Position numbers and translations under genes: made by a program. Below the pieces are notes generated by a model. The model saw only the letters and a list, made by a program, of their open reading frames with translations, had not been told where the DNA came from and made no database searches. 42,438 nt of DNA from Octopus bimaculoides (Eukaryota), in contig NC_069008.1 of the NCBI RefSeq assembly GCF_001194135.2, forward strand, positions 15,429,462 through 15,471,899, read 5' to 3'. Positions 1 to 11,769 of the stretch are shown here, piece after piece; position 1 is the first letter of the stretch, and every line of letters starts with the position of its first letter.

Positions 1-75
1 TGCAATGAGTTAGACACATATGGTCAGGCATTTTCTTGTAACACTATCCCTTTCCTGTTAGCAATTTCTAGCCTT

Positions 76-170
76 GAGCTGGCAGGAACATTAGTGCGCC
101 AGGCAAAATGCTTATAAGTTTTTCGGTTCTCTTTACATTCTGAGTTCAAATTCTGCTGGGGTTGACTGCA
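76..170 (+). mobile_element. Degenerate tRNA-related SINE fragment
   Basis: GAGCTGGCAG...GCAAAATGCTTA...TTCTGAGTTCAAATTC with a B-box-like GAGTTCAAAT. It resembles an octopus SINE as I recall it; not verified by search. Confidence 0.4.
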
Positions 171-198
171 TATTTGGTTACGTGAAAAAACATACAAC

Positions 199-395
199 AT
201 CACCAGCATAAACTTCACAAATGTTTTTGCAAGTCTTTGCTGCATTTCTTCCTTTTTAAAACAGAAAAGAATTATGTGAATATGAAATATTTGGCTTTTT
301 ATTGCAAGTGTCTATGAAGGGAAACGGGAATGAAAGATAAATCTGTTTTTACTCAGGAACAAAGAAGAGATTCACTACCACTTCCAAAGTCTTGA
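199..395 (-). mobile_element. Mariner 5' fragment (paralog of 6325-6530)
   Basis: Near-identical to 6325-6530, which continues into recognisable mariner HTH coding sequence. Confidence 0.6.
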
Positions 396-790
396 CTGTG
401 TTACATTTCAGATGTGTTCAATGAATCAAATGATTTAGCTTCAAAACGCTGAGAACTTTCTGGGCAACATGACATCAAAAGTCTGACCTCCCTGTTAGAA
501 TCACAAGGTGAGGCCATACCATTGGACATGACTTCTCTCATAATAACAAAATACAGGACACATGCTGTCTGAACCAATGTCCCATCAAAGCCAGCCACAA
601 CCACCAGAATTCACTTGATGGCTGGAAATTCCACATACTGCTTCTGGTGCCTTTAACCAAAGCTAGTAGTAAGCACCATGGAACGTCTGATGAAGGATTA
701 TAGGTTTGAAAGCACTCGCATGTGTCTAGTTATACTTAACCCCGAAACTAGCAATACACAGACCACATGCCACCAGTAGCTCCCCTCTAT
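396..790 (+). mobile_element. Penelope-like element remnant, internally deleted
   Basis: Aligns with 6535-7330 and the reverse complement of 17690-18360, but lacks the GIY-YIG segment those copies retain (deletion near 600). Confidence 0.55.
676..730 (+). ncRNA. Degenerate hammerhead-ribozyme-like motif
   Basis: CTGATGA (687-693), a 14-nt spacer, then GAAA (708-711) GCACTC. Stem pairing is weaker than in the 7064 copy. Confidence 0.3.
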
Positions 791-819
791 GTATCTGTCT
801 ATCTATCTATCGTTCGTAA

Positions 820-1282
820 AACCTCTAAACTTTGGACATTTCTGCGTCACCCCATGAGACTTTTGGGCGAAGTTTTGAAACAGTCAAGAAATTTAAACGA
901 AGATTTCCAAGAATCTCCTTACAGTTAATGTAATCTACCAAAATTTCGCCCTTTCACACTGTCTCAGCTTCTCATCATTTTTTCCATAATTTTTCAATTT
1001 TGTCACTTTTCACTTTCAGCTGGTCGTTTCGGCATCGCTATTCTAAGTTCTCAATGATCACTTTCTTCTAACCCTTCATTCCTTCTTTCATTCCTCCTAT
1101 CAGTTTTGCAAATGCCTTAACTCACTCATACTCATACCAACTTCTCTTCGCTTAGCGTCCCCTGTTTCTTTCCGACACTACACTCTACCCCTCCCCACTT
1201 TACTCTTCCCCACCCCCTCCTAAAAACGTCGTTACCCTGTTGTTTCTCTGTACGGGACATACACACATATCCACAGCAATAA
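820..1282 (+). repeat. Cluster-specific upstream module (type A)
   Basis: Pyrimidine-rich block also at 7400-7925 (+), 16940-17680 (-), 24105-24455 (+) and partly 23340-23490 (-); usually directly 5' of the promoter motif set. Confidence 0.8.
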
Positions 1283-1408
1283 TGGGAGATAATTCGACTT
1301 AAATATTTCAGGACAGGAGATACGCATGCGCATTGAACGATCTTCCCCACTTCATGTTGATATCAGGTCTAATGTCCGGTGTATGAATCTCTCTTAATCA
1401 GCTGATAA
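1283..1408 (+). promoter_or_regulatory. ZNF promoter module copy P1a, interrupted by mariner
   Basis: ACGCATGCGCA 1322-1332, degenerate GATATC..AATGTC 1359-1376, TTAATCAGCTGAT 1394-1406. The mariner TIR starts right after TA 1409-1410. Confidence 0.55.
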
Positions 1409-1410
1409 TA

Positions 1411-1900
1411 TTGGGTTGGTGCATAATTATTGCGGCTTTTTTCCAGCAAATTTCATTGAACAAAAACGTCTTTAAATAACGGTTGGCTTTTCTTTTTTTT
1501 TATATATAAAAATGCGTGTCGAAAATCATATCCACATTCGTCATATTATGCTCTACCACTTTGAGAAAGGTTGGAATGCAGCACAGTCATTTCGCGATCT
1601 CAATGAACTTTTTGGTGAAGGAACAATCAGCAAAAGCCAAGTTGAAAGATGGTTCAGGAAGTTCAAGTCGGGCGATAGAAACCTCGCAGATGAAAAAAGA
1701 AGAGGTCGACCATCAGATTTCAACGACGAGGCACTTTTGGCAGCCGTGGAAGAGGACAAAAGCTTGACAACGAGAATGTTGGCCGAGGGCTTCAACGTGG
1801 ACCATTCGACCATCGTTCGTCGTCTCAAAAAGCTCGGAAAAGTAGGGAAATTGACTGGGTGGGTCCCCCACGAACACTCCAATAACAACAAAGCCGAACG
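1411..1900 (+). mobile_element. Mariner (Tc1/mariner) element, 3'-truncated
   Basis: TA followed by TIR TTGGGTTGGTGCATAATTATTGCGGCTT (Hsmar1/Made1-like). The transposase N-terminus runs to the WVPHE motif; no right TIR. Confidence 0.9.
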
Positions 1901-1925
1901 TAAAGATGTGGATGGGAAAAAATGA
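1512..1925 (+). CDS. Truncated mariner transposase (bipartite HTH DNA-binding domain only, 137 aa)
   Basis: True ATG with A at -3, no stops or frameshifts. Motifs KGWNAAQ, ERWFRKFKSG, RRGRP and WVPHE (1860-1874). No DD34D domain; the last 7 aa and the stop come from flanking DNA. Confidence 0.7.
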   Translation: MRVENHIHIRHIMLYHFEKGWNAAQSFRDLNELFGEGTISKSQVERWFRKFKSGDRNLADEKRRGRPSDFNDEALLAAVEEDKSLTTRMLAEGFNVDHSTIVRRLKKLGKVGKLTGWVPHEHSNNNKAERKDVDGKK

Positions 1926-2129
1926 GGGTAGAGGGTGATGTGCTAGCAACTCTCTCCTCCCTTACTATTTTACTAAGTAAACAACAACACATATAACCAC
2001 GCAAAGGCAGTTTGACAGTTGAGCTCTGATTGGCTGTATGCTAATGAGTTCATAACTGGGGTCCGGATCTCACGTGGGAGAACAAATTTCCCGTATGGGA
2101 CACACACATATCCACAGCAGCCTATATTG

Positions 2130-2365
2130 AAACATAAAGAGTTAATTAGACTTAGCAGACTGAAATATTTGATGACCGGAGATACGCATGCGCATTGAAC
2201 TTACTTTCTTTCGATATCCGGTTAAATGTCCTTTGCATGAATGTCTCTTAATCAGCTGATTATCACCAATTATAATATTTATAATACGTAATTATAACGC
2301 ATTTCTCAACTACCACATACATATATATATAACCATACTATCTTTTAAGAAACATTTCTGTAAGT
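2130..2365 (+). promoter_or_regulatory. ZNF-A promoter module P1b, non-coding exon 1 and splice donor
   Basis: ACGCATGCGCA 2184-2194, GATATCCGGTTAAATGTC 2213-2230, TTAATCAGCTGAT 2248-2260, donor TTCT|GTAAGT at 2360. Confidence 0.65.
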
Positions 2366-2481
2366 ATTTAACAATGAAGATATTCTATGTTTTTAATTCT
2401 GTAGACGTTCGTTTTTTTTTGCAGGAGCTAAAGATGTCCTTGTTGGATTTGGTTGCTATTTCTAATTTTCGAAGACAGATG

Positions 2482-3175
2482 CAGTGTTGCCAACTTAAAA
2501 TTACGATTTTATGCTAAATTTCAGTAGAAAAAATACCAAAAAAATGCTAAAAATTAATTATAACAAAAAGCATAATTTTTAATTTACATTTTTATTTACT
2601 TTCTTTAATCATATTCAGCGTTGAGTAGTAATTCTTTTAATTTCACTGATTTGATCACTTTCAGCTGCAGTGCCCAGGTCTTCACTTCTGTATACATTCA
2701 AGGTCCCAATCTTGTTAATTAGTGTTTTGCAATATCGAAGTTTTCGCAACATTTGCCATATCTTTTCAGGCCATATTTTATTGACAGTATTGATCTAAGC
2801 ACAGGAAGATGCATTTTGTTTTTCAATTTTGATTTGATTATACCCATACTACTGAACAACCGTTCAACTTATGCATTTGAGTTTGGCAATGTCAGTAGAT
2901 TAATGGCAAAATTTGCAGCATCTCTAAAAGGATTTCCTCCGTTAGCATCTTTATATTCCAAGACTTCCAGCCAGAATGCGTCAGTATTAGACGAATTTGT
3001 CCATTTAACTAAATGAATGCTAATTAAACTGAATTTCAATTGAAGCAATTTTTTCTTCATTTAAATGCATTGCTTCTGAGACAGGTAAAATTGGCTCTTT
3101 AAAATGCTGCAAAATATTCTCTACTGAAAAACATTTGATATTCCTCAATATATTAATATTTTCTGGCAAACAGTG
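2482..3175 (-). mobile_element. hAT transposon remnant (C-terminal dimerization region)
   Basis: The minus strand reads FWLEVLEYKDANGGNPFRDAANFAINLLTLPNSNA*VERLFSSMGIIKSKLKNKMH (hATC-type SxxERxFS). Terminal CAGTGTTGCCA at 2482 and a degenerate inverse TGGCAAACAGTG at 3164-3175; no TSD seen. Confidence 0.7.
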
Positions 3176-3559
3176 CTTGAGTTCTTTATAAAGGCAGAGT
3201 AAAAATTGTGCTCTTTTGCGAATATTATTATTTTATTTTCTTCAGTGGCTGTCACAGTCGTCTTCATAATCATTGCTGCTAGCTTTTTGATGATGTAGTC
3301 GTACATGTACATTATAGTAACAGACAGGATGTTCACAGATAGGATGTCTATAATCACATCTCTGCTCTGTCAGAGTTGACCTGGACTAAATAGCAATGTC
3401 GAGTTTTATTTCTGGAGAAAGACTGATGTTAGTGTCCACTATTCTGTTGTTTTATTTTTAAACTGTTACACAATGTGAAGGTGTCAGTTTAGATTACAAA
3501 TATGTCAGCTTCACACAAGATTCTGTTGTGTAAATTTTGATAGATTAGGATGTTCGGTT

Positions 3560-3900
3560 CATCATTATCATCTTATAATGTCTGTTGTCCATTCTGGCAT
3601 GGGTTGGGTCGTTTGACCAGTGCTGAGAAGCTGCAGCAGACATCAGTCACATTTGTCGTTACTGGATGCCATTCCTAGTGCCGACCACTTCACAATGTGC
3701 AAGGTGTTTTTATGTGGCACTGCANNNNNNNNNNNNNNNNNNNNNNNNNNNNNNNNNNNNNNNNNNNNNNNNNNNNNNNNNNNNNNNNNNNNNNNNNNNN
3801 NNNNNNNNNNNNNNNNNNNNNNNNNNNNNNNNNTGGGTGTCCCACTACCACATGTTCAATACACTTTCAGAGATCGGCACTTCTTTAATGAGCTGTTGGC
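3560..3900 (-). mobile_element. Ancient intronic RTE 3' end (antisense to ZNF-A), spans a gap
   Basis: Diverged tail CATTATCAT..TGTCCATTCTGGCATGGGTTGG, plus the RTE C-terminal coding remnant GTGTCCCACTACCACATGTT shared with other paralogs. Confidence 0.7.
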
Positions 3901-4385
3901 ATCCTGTTGAATTCTTATGTTAAATGTTTATTTCTACAGTTTATCTCAGTAGAAATGAATCTGTATATTTTAAGTAGCCTCTACATCTTACACTGTTGTT
4001 TCTCTATAATTTCAGAACATCAGATGACATTGACATAACAGGAGAAACGTCCTCAATATCTACCATGTTTTAAAGACTAAAGGAAAATATATGAAACAGA
4101 TGTATCAGATTGTTTCTACAAATCTGTGGAGGAATTCCTGTGAAACATTTACTCTGGAATAATGTCATTAACCAAGTTTCAGAACATCCCTGACTGGAGT
4201 GTCAAGAAGAGGAGCCTGTGAACTGATTAAAGTTGGATAAATTTATGTAAGTTTTGCTAAAGAAAGGTAACACTGGACAGAAATAGAGCTGTAGAAGTGT
4301 TTGTAAGAAATAAATAACAAAAAGAAGAAAAATATTTGAGAGGAAAAGTATTGGATTTCCTCTGAACACATGGTAAAAGAGATAA

Positions 4386-5342
<957 letters not shown>

Positions 5343-5661
5343 TTTCTTGTTTGCTATAGAGTATCCTTCAGAGGTTGCATACCAAGTTTCAATATAATTG
5401 ACTCATATCTCAAGGTTCTGAATTGACTATAAATGGAACAGGAGATACATGTGGACGTACGTGTGTGAAGTTTTTGGCTTTGTACCTTGACTTGTATTAA
5501 AATTAATGATTGTGTTAAATTTCGTGTTTACATTTACTGATGATTCATAAGCCAATAACTCCTCATGATATTGAATGCCCATTATTTGATACTCCATGTG
5601 ATCTTAGCAAGCGAGTGTTGCCAACTTAGAAGGACGTACCAAAATGTGTTTCATTTGAATG

Positions 5662-6050
5662 AGGAAAAGAAAAAAATGTAGTTAAGAAAAATCCTTCAAT
5701 TAAACAAATTATCAAGATTGTAGCAGAAAGGATAATTCGTCTTTGGCAAAAGACATCCATCGCTGGTGTTAGGAATGAGTCAGTTAAACCAAAAATCTTA
5801 AACGTTTATGTAAATTACCAAGCATTACTAAAATCTGTGAAAAATAGAATAAAATGTGCCATTGCTTCAGACAAAGTGTAATGTGTTTAAAAGCAATGCT
5901 ACAAAAGATTTATTTGGCATTTCCTGTTGCAAGTGGAACTCCTTTGAAAGCTGCAGCTGTAGTAAAGACAAAAAAGTATCACAGACAGAATAAGATTTTT
6001 TCTAAGATCGATGGACAAATCAAAAAATGACCATTGGCAGAATATCATAA
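5662..6050 (+). mobile_element. Degenerate DNA-transposase N-terminal fragment (possibly hATm-like)
   Basis: Reads VAERIIRLWQKTSIAGV...YQALLKS and, after a frameshift, KDLFGISCCK...CSCSKDKKVSQTE*DFF*DRWTNQKMTIG. The family assignment is from memory. Confidence 0.45.
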
Positions 6051-6530
6051 ACGGAACACCAGTACAAGCAATTATTTTCTGAGAGTTTGTGTGGGGTCCA
6101 TACATTATAGCAAGAAATGTATCCTAGCTTCACTAAGTGTTCCTGAGCCATACTTTTAGAAACTTCTAACTTCTCTAGTCATGATACTTGAATTTTCAAT
6201 TTTTGCCATCAAAACAACTTCATCCAATGCTGAAGGTCTTCCACTGTGACTGTCATCTTCCAAGCTAAACTCTTCAGCTTCAAATTTTGCAAACCACTTT
6301 CAAATAGTTGATTCAACTACAGCATCATCAGCATAAACTTCACAAATGTTTTTGCAAGTCTTTGCTGCATTTCTTCCTTTTTAAAACAGAAAAGAATTAC
6401 GTGAATATGAAATATTCGGCTTTTTATTGCAAGTGTCTATGAAGGGAAACCGGAATGAAAGATGAATCTGTTTTTAGTCAGGAACAAAGAAGAGATTCAC
6501 TACTATTTCGAGCAACGCCAAAGTTTTGAC
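6050..6530 (-). mobile_element. Decayed mariner (5' UTR, HTH domain, WTPHKL)
   Basis: The minus strand reads GRNAAKTCKNICEVYADDAVVESTI*KWFAKFEAEEFSLEDDSHSGRPS...LGYISCYNVWTPHKLSE, with stops and frameshifts. Confidence 0.75.
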
Positions 6531-6534
6531 TGTT

Positions 6535-7110
6535 AAGTTTCAGACGTGTTCAATGAATCAAATGATTTAACTTCAAAACGCTGAGAACTTTCTGGGCAAC
6601 ATGACATCAAAAGGTCTGACCTCCCTGTTAGAATCATGAGGTGAGGCCACACCATTGGACATGACTTTTCCCATAATAACAAAATACAGGACACATGCTG
6701 TCTGAACCAATGTCCCAGTTCTAATGGAGACCGTCCAGCTATGTTTTCAAGCTCATGTGTTATACCATATAAGCTGTACTTGCAGAGCAACATATATAGG
6801 ATCAACTAAATGACAGCTTCATGTCAGAGTGAAGGAACTCTTTTCACAAGGCCAGAACACCCAATGCCATAATCCAACACCAACATTGAGAGTGATTTCC
6901 CCACCCATTTAGTGGCAAGGGGAAGTGATGTGGCCACCCTCTGAAAGTAGGGGATACACTTCATTAGAAAGATGGTGGCCTGCCACAACCACCAGGATTG
7001 ACGTGATGGCTGGAAATTCCACATACTGCTTCTGGTGCCTTTAACCAAAGCCAGCAGTAAGCGCCATGGAACGTCTGATGAAGGATTATAGATCTGAAAG
7101 CACTCACATG
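6535..7110 (+). mobile_element. Penelope-like retroelement remnant with GIY-YIG endonuclease
   Basis: 6757-6840 reads VLYHISCTCRATYIGSTK*QLHVRVKEL, matching the PLE GIY-YIG pattern VY.I.C.C...YIG.T.R.L..R..EH. Confidence 0.7.
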
Positions 7111-7113
7111 TTC
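7064..7113 (+). ncRNA. Candidate minimal type-I hammerhead ribozyme
   Basis: GAACGT-CTGATGA-AGGATTATAGATCT-GAAA-GCAC-TC-ACATGTTC. Stem II AGG/UCU, 2-bp stem III AG/CU, CUC triplet 7103-7105, stem I GAAC.GU/AC.GUUC with a 2-nt bulge. Folded by eye only. Confidence 0.45.
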
Positions 7114-7277
7114 ATCATCATCATCATCATCATCGTTTAACGTCCGCTTTCCATGCTAGCATGGGTTGGACGATTTGACTGAGGACTGGTGGAGCCCGAA
7201 GGCTACACCAGGCTCCAATCTGATTTGGCAGAGTTTCTACAGCTGGATGCCCTTCCTAACGCCAACCACTCCGAGAG
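7113..7277 (-). mobile_element. Young, strongly 5'-truncated RTE 3' end
   Basis: (CAT)n tail and CCATGCTAGCATGG palindrome (7151-7164), near-identical to the reverse complement of 29950-30115. Absent from the paralogous site near 720. Confidence 0.85.
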
Positions 7278-7399
7278 TTATTCTTAATCCAAAAACTAGC
7301 AACAAAGCTACACACAAACCACATGCCACCGGTAGCTCCCCTGTGTGTATTTATCTGTCTGTCTACCCATCTATCATTTTAGCTATCTATCTATGATAA

Positions 7400-7925
7400 T
7401 ACCACTAAACCTTGGATATTTCTGTATCCTCCTATGAGACCTTTGGATGAAGTTTTGAAACATTTGGAACTTTTAAACTTTCAAAATAAAAAAATAAAAA
7501 ATTCTGAAGAACTTTCTGGAAAACAAAAAAATAAAGCATTCTGGAAATATAAATGAAGATTTCCAACGGTCTCTCACAGTTAATGTAATCTACTAAAACT
7601 TCGCCCTTTCCTACTGCCTCTGCTTCTCATTATTTTTTTTCCATAATTTTGTCATTTTTTCTACCATTTTTCAATTTTGCCACTTTTCATTTCGCCATCG
7701 CTAATTGCTAAGTTCTCAATAGTCACTTTCTTCTAACCCTTCTTTCCTTCCTCCTATCAGTTTCACAAGTGCCTTAACTCATACTCATACCAACTTCTCT
7801 TAGCTTAGCTTCCCCTGTTTCTTTCCGACACTACACTCTACCCCTCCCCATCCTTTCTAATAACGTCGTTACCCTGTTGTTCCTCTGCACAGGAGACACA
7901 CACACACATATATCAACAGCAATAT
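7400..7925 (+). repeat. Orphan upstream module (type A) with no promoter or ZNF after it
   Basis: Aligns with 820-1282, but homology stops before the ACGCATGCGCA motif. Confidence 0.8.
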
Positions 7926-7927
7926 AC

Positions 7928-8618
7928 GGATATTTTTTCATTAAATTCTCTACAAATATACCTCCGAGTATGTAGATTCCGAGGACACAGGAATTTGGGG
8001 GGAAAACAATTGGGGGTTATTTTTGAGAACCGTTCCCCACTCATGAGTGTTTCTGAACAAGTCATCCATATTTGTTTCATTTTCTTTCTTTTGTGCGTTT
8101 GTGCATCTGTAGATTACTACTGAAGCCACAAACAGGCAATGAAGGCAAAAGAAGCCCACACCAGAAAACTCATTATGCTAAAAATAACAGCTAAAAGTCT
8201 AGTACACAGAAATATGCTATAACTTATCTGCTGCATACACTTTTTTTTTTTTCACTTGAAGTAAATCCCCAGGTAAACGTTTCTAATAGAAAGGCAGAAG
8301 ACACCAGAGGCAAAATGAAGGAATATACATGGACAGTTAGATATGGAAGTGTAAGGTATAATTTGTTACATAATCTCTATAATAAAAATGATATTGAATG
8401 GAATAATTCCCTGTTTGAACTTTTTTAATTACATAAATGTGTGTGCGTGTGTGTGTGGAAATCTACAGATGCACAAAACGGAGAAAATGAAACAAAAATG
8501 GACGATTGGGGAATAATTCTCGAAAATAATCCTCAATTGTTTTCCCCCAAAATTCCTATGTCCCCGGAATTTACATAGTCCAAAATATATTTGTAAAGAA
8601 TTTCATTTGAAAATGTCC
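7928..8618. repeat. Long imperfect inverted repeat (foldback/MITE-like)
   Basis: 7928-8115 aligns with the reverse complement of 8460-8618 (e.g. GGAATTTGGGGGGAAAACAATTG vs CAATTGTTTTCCCCCAAAATTCC; GTGCATCTGTAGATT vs AATCTACAGATGCAC). Spacer about 345 bp. Confidence 0.75.
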
Positions 8619-8724
8619 ATTTTCTTGATGGTTAAGATGAAATGAAGTGGACTCCGGAAAATTTTCCAAAATTCCCCACCCAGACCTCCTAAAACACTTT
8701 TCCCCCCCAAAATTTTGTATATTT

Positions 8725-10495
8725 GGTTAGGAATTTCTCCTGCAGCTGTCTTTACAGAAATATAACTTCAGCAGTGCTTCTCCTTGGCACAAACCCAAAC
8801 TGCATCTCATCTGAACTAACTCTCCCTAATTAGTTGCGCTATGACATTTTCTGGGACTTTCATCATCTGATCCAACTTGATACCTCTGTAGTTATTCCTA
8901 TCTGATGCATCACCTTTACCTTTGTAGCAGTTGACTATGGTGCAGCTACACCACTCATTGTCTATGACTCCTTTGTGTATCACCTGGTTGACTATATGAA
9001 TGACAAGACTATAGCCTACACCACCAGATATTTTCAGTATCTCTGCAGTAATTCTTGATGGGCCGGGAGCTTTCTCTGTTTTCATGCCTTTAATTGCTTT
9101 ATTTACGAAGATTCTGTCAATTCGAATAGCTGGTCCCTCTGTTGGTTCGACATTTGACAGACTCTCTTTCTCCCATTCATTCTCTTCATTTAGCATCCTT
9201 TCATAGTGGTGTCTCCAGGTCTCTCTCTTTCCAGCATCATTAAAATGCAAGTGAGCCATCATCCATGCAGGCACTTTTCTCTACTATGACATCACAATTC
9301 TTTTTGAAACACTTCAAGTTCCTCATCCTCACGACTCAGAACATTGACAAATTTCTTCTAATCTGCTTCCCCTCTACCTAAGTAAACCTGTCTCCTAGTT
9401 TCCCTTCTGGCGATCTGGTACAGTTCCCTGCTACCACCACACTTCCAGTCCTTCCGTGCCCATTTCGTTTCCTTAATTGCCCTGCCAACTACATTGTTCC
9501 ACCACCATGTTGCCTTAGGTCAAGAGGGGACTTTGCACCATCCACAGATTTGGTCAGTAGCCCTCAATAGGTCAACCCGAAAGAACCTCCACATTATGTG
9601 ATGCTACATCCTGCTCTTTTTCATCAAAAGCTTCAAGTAATGTCTCTAAATCTCTGTCCATTCAGATGATCCTTAAGCTTTCAGACCCTTCTTTCTCCTG
9701 ATCCTTAAGTCGCTAACTACTAACCTATGTTGTGGGGTGCATTCATCACTTGGGAAAGTTTTGGCATTAATAAGTAGCCAACTTTCCTGTTTCCTAGTGA
9801 GAATGTTGTCAATCTGACCAGTGTGGCCACCAGACTGCTGGGTGAACAGGTGACTTGCAGGCGTCCTGAAGTTAGTATTACAGATCGTAAGATTATTTGT
9901 ATCACACAACTCGAGCAGCCTTGTTCCCTCATCCTTGCAGGAACCAAGTCCATAGCCATCATGTACACCATGGAAACTCCCTGGATGTTGTCCAACTTGC
10001 CCGTTGAAGTCGCCAGCCGCAAAGAGAAGGCCTGTCATTCGTCGACGAGGTAGTCAGCAAGAGGGTATCATAAAACTGATCTTTTTGTTCATCAGGTAGC
10101 CCCGGCTGAGGGGCATAAGCCAAGATATATGTTGTAGCACTAGTCTAAGATTAAGTATTCTATTACAGACTCTGACTACTTGTTACTTTATCAACCCATT
10201 CCTCTCCAAGGAGTATACCCACACCCCCTAACCCCATCAGTGTTACTTACCCAGAAAATCTTATACCTATGTTCTTTGCCTGTGAGGAACCCAGCAGAAC
10301 TTCTTCCACCTTATTTCCTGGATGCAGCACAAATCTACACATCCCCGTTCAAGCATCTCAACAAATCTTTCAATGTGCCAACTTTGAGGGTGTGGGCCAG
10401 CAAGACCCTGGGATAGGAGACAGCAGCATTATATATCTGAAAAGAAATCGTGCATTTGGCAAATCTTGTAAACATAGATAGCCTTCAACCTGCAT
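8725..10495 (-). mobile_element. Old RTE LINE (APE endonuclease, linker, start of RT), decayed
   Basis: APE motifs AGDFNGQVG, NLTICNTNF, QIDNIL and QHRLVVSD; RT-start KAPGPS, YKGKGDASDRNNYRGIKL and DEMQFGF. Many stops and frameshifts. Confidence 0.85.
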
Positions 10496-10505
10496 ACACT
10501 ACATT

Positions 10506-11617
10506 CATCATCATCATCATCATCATCGTTTAACGTCCGCTTTCCATGCTAGCATGGGTTGGACGATTTGACTGAGGACTGGTGAAGCCGGATGGCAACA
10601 CCAGGCTCCAATCTAATTTGGCAGAGTTTCTACAGCTGGATGCCCTTCCTAACGCCAACCACTCAGAGAGTGTAGTGGGTGNNNNNNNNNNNNNNNNNNN
10701 NNNNNNNNNNNNNNNNNNNNNNNNNNNNNNNNNNNNNNNNNNNNNNNNNNNNNNNNNNNNNNNNNNNNNNNNNNNNNNNNNNNNNNNNNNNNNNNNNNNN
10801 NNNNNNNNNNNNNNNNNNNNNNNNNNNNNNNNNNNNNNNNNNNNNNNNNNNNNNNNNNNNNNNNNNNNNNNNNNNNNNNNNNNNNNNNNNNNNNNNNNNN
10901 NNNNNNNNNNNNNNNNNNNNNNNNNNNNNNNNNNNNNNNNNNNNNNNNNNNNNNNNNNNNNNNNNNNNNNNNNNNNNNNNNNNNNNNNNNNNNNNNNNNN
11001 NNNNNNNNNNNNNNNNNNNNNNNNNNNNNNNNNNNNNNNNNNNNNNNNNNNNNNNNNNNNNNNNNNNNNNNNNNNNNNNNNNNNNNNNNNNNNNNNNNNN
11101 NNNNNNNNNNNNNNNNNNNNNNNNNNNNNNNNNNNNNNNNNNNNNNNNNNNNNNNNNNNNNNNNNNNNNNNNNNNNNNNNNNNNNNNNNNNNNNNNNNNN
11201 NNNNNNNNNNNNNNNNNNNNNNNNNNNNNNNNNNNNNNNNNNNNNNNNNNNNNNNNNNNNNNNNNNNNNNNNNNNNNNNNNNNNNNNNNNNNNNNNNNNN
11301 NNNNNNNNNNNNNNNNNNNNNNNNNNNNNNNNNNNNNNNNNNNNNNNNNNNNNNNNNNNNNNNNNNNNNNNNNNNNNNNNNNNNNNNNNNNNNNNNNNNN
11401 NNNNNNNNNNNNNTCACCCTGGAATGAGATAGAAGTTGTTTCCTGTTTGTTTACACTCTTTATTGCACCTGAACATCTGCCACAAACAAAAACTAACTTG
11501 CTAGTTAACCTGCCTTTGATGTTGCTGCACCTCTTATATGTCCATAGCTTGCACCGGGTACTTCTTATAGAGTTACTACCTACTCCTTTTCTACATACTG
11601 AGCAGGGCCATCTACCT
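10506..11617 (-). mobile_element. Young 5'-truncated RTE LINE (mostly N gap)
   Basis: (CAT)n tail and palindrome at 10544-10557. Beyond the gap, 11414-11617 matches the Cys-rich RT insertion at 28842-29040. Confidence 0.85.
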
Positions 11618-11769
11618 GATATATTTGCTATATAATCACTACATTCAATAGGATAGACACTAGGTAGGGAAGGGAGGTGGGAAGGTGTTCCGTATGTTAA
11701 GCCATCGGAGATGCTCAGGAAAAAGACATCCGGTGGAGGTCAGAGGATAAAGTCTTCAGGGGAAACTAG

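Larger units (their letters stand above)
2360..4015 (+). other. Predicted 5'-UTR intron of ZNF-A
   Basis: GTAAGT donor and TTGTTTCTCTATAATTTCAG acceptor, both conserved at equivalent positions in the paralogs. Confidence 0.65.

Noticed and set aside
10530-11635. Long ORFs of 187-323 aa here and at 14527-15151 and 40010-41019
   Set aside because: They read through N gaps and consist mostly of X.
10497-11645. CACTACATT at 10497-10505 and 11637-11645 as a TSD of the young RTE
   Set aside because: The paralogous empty site (30340-30400) already contains the sequence between the RTE end and the second copy, so the match is probably coincidental.
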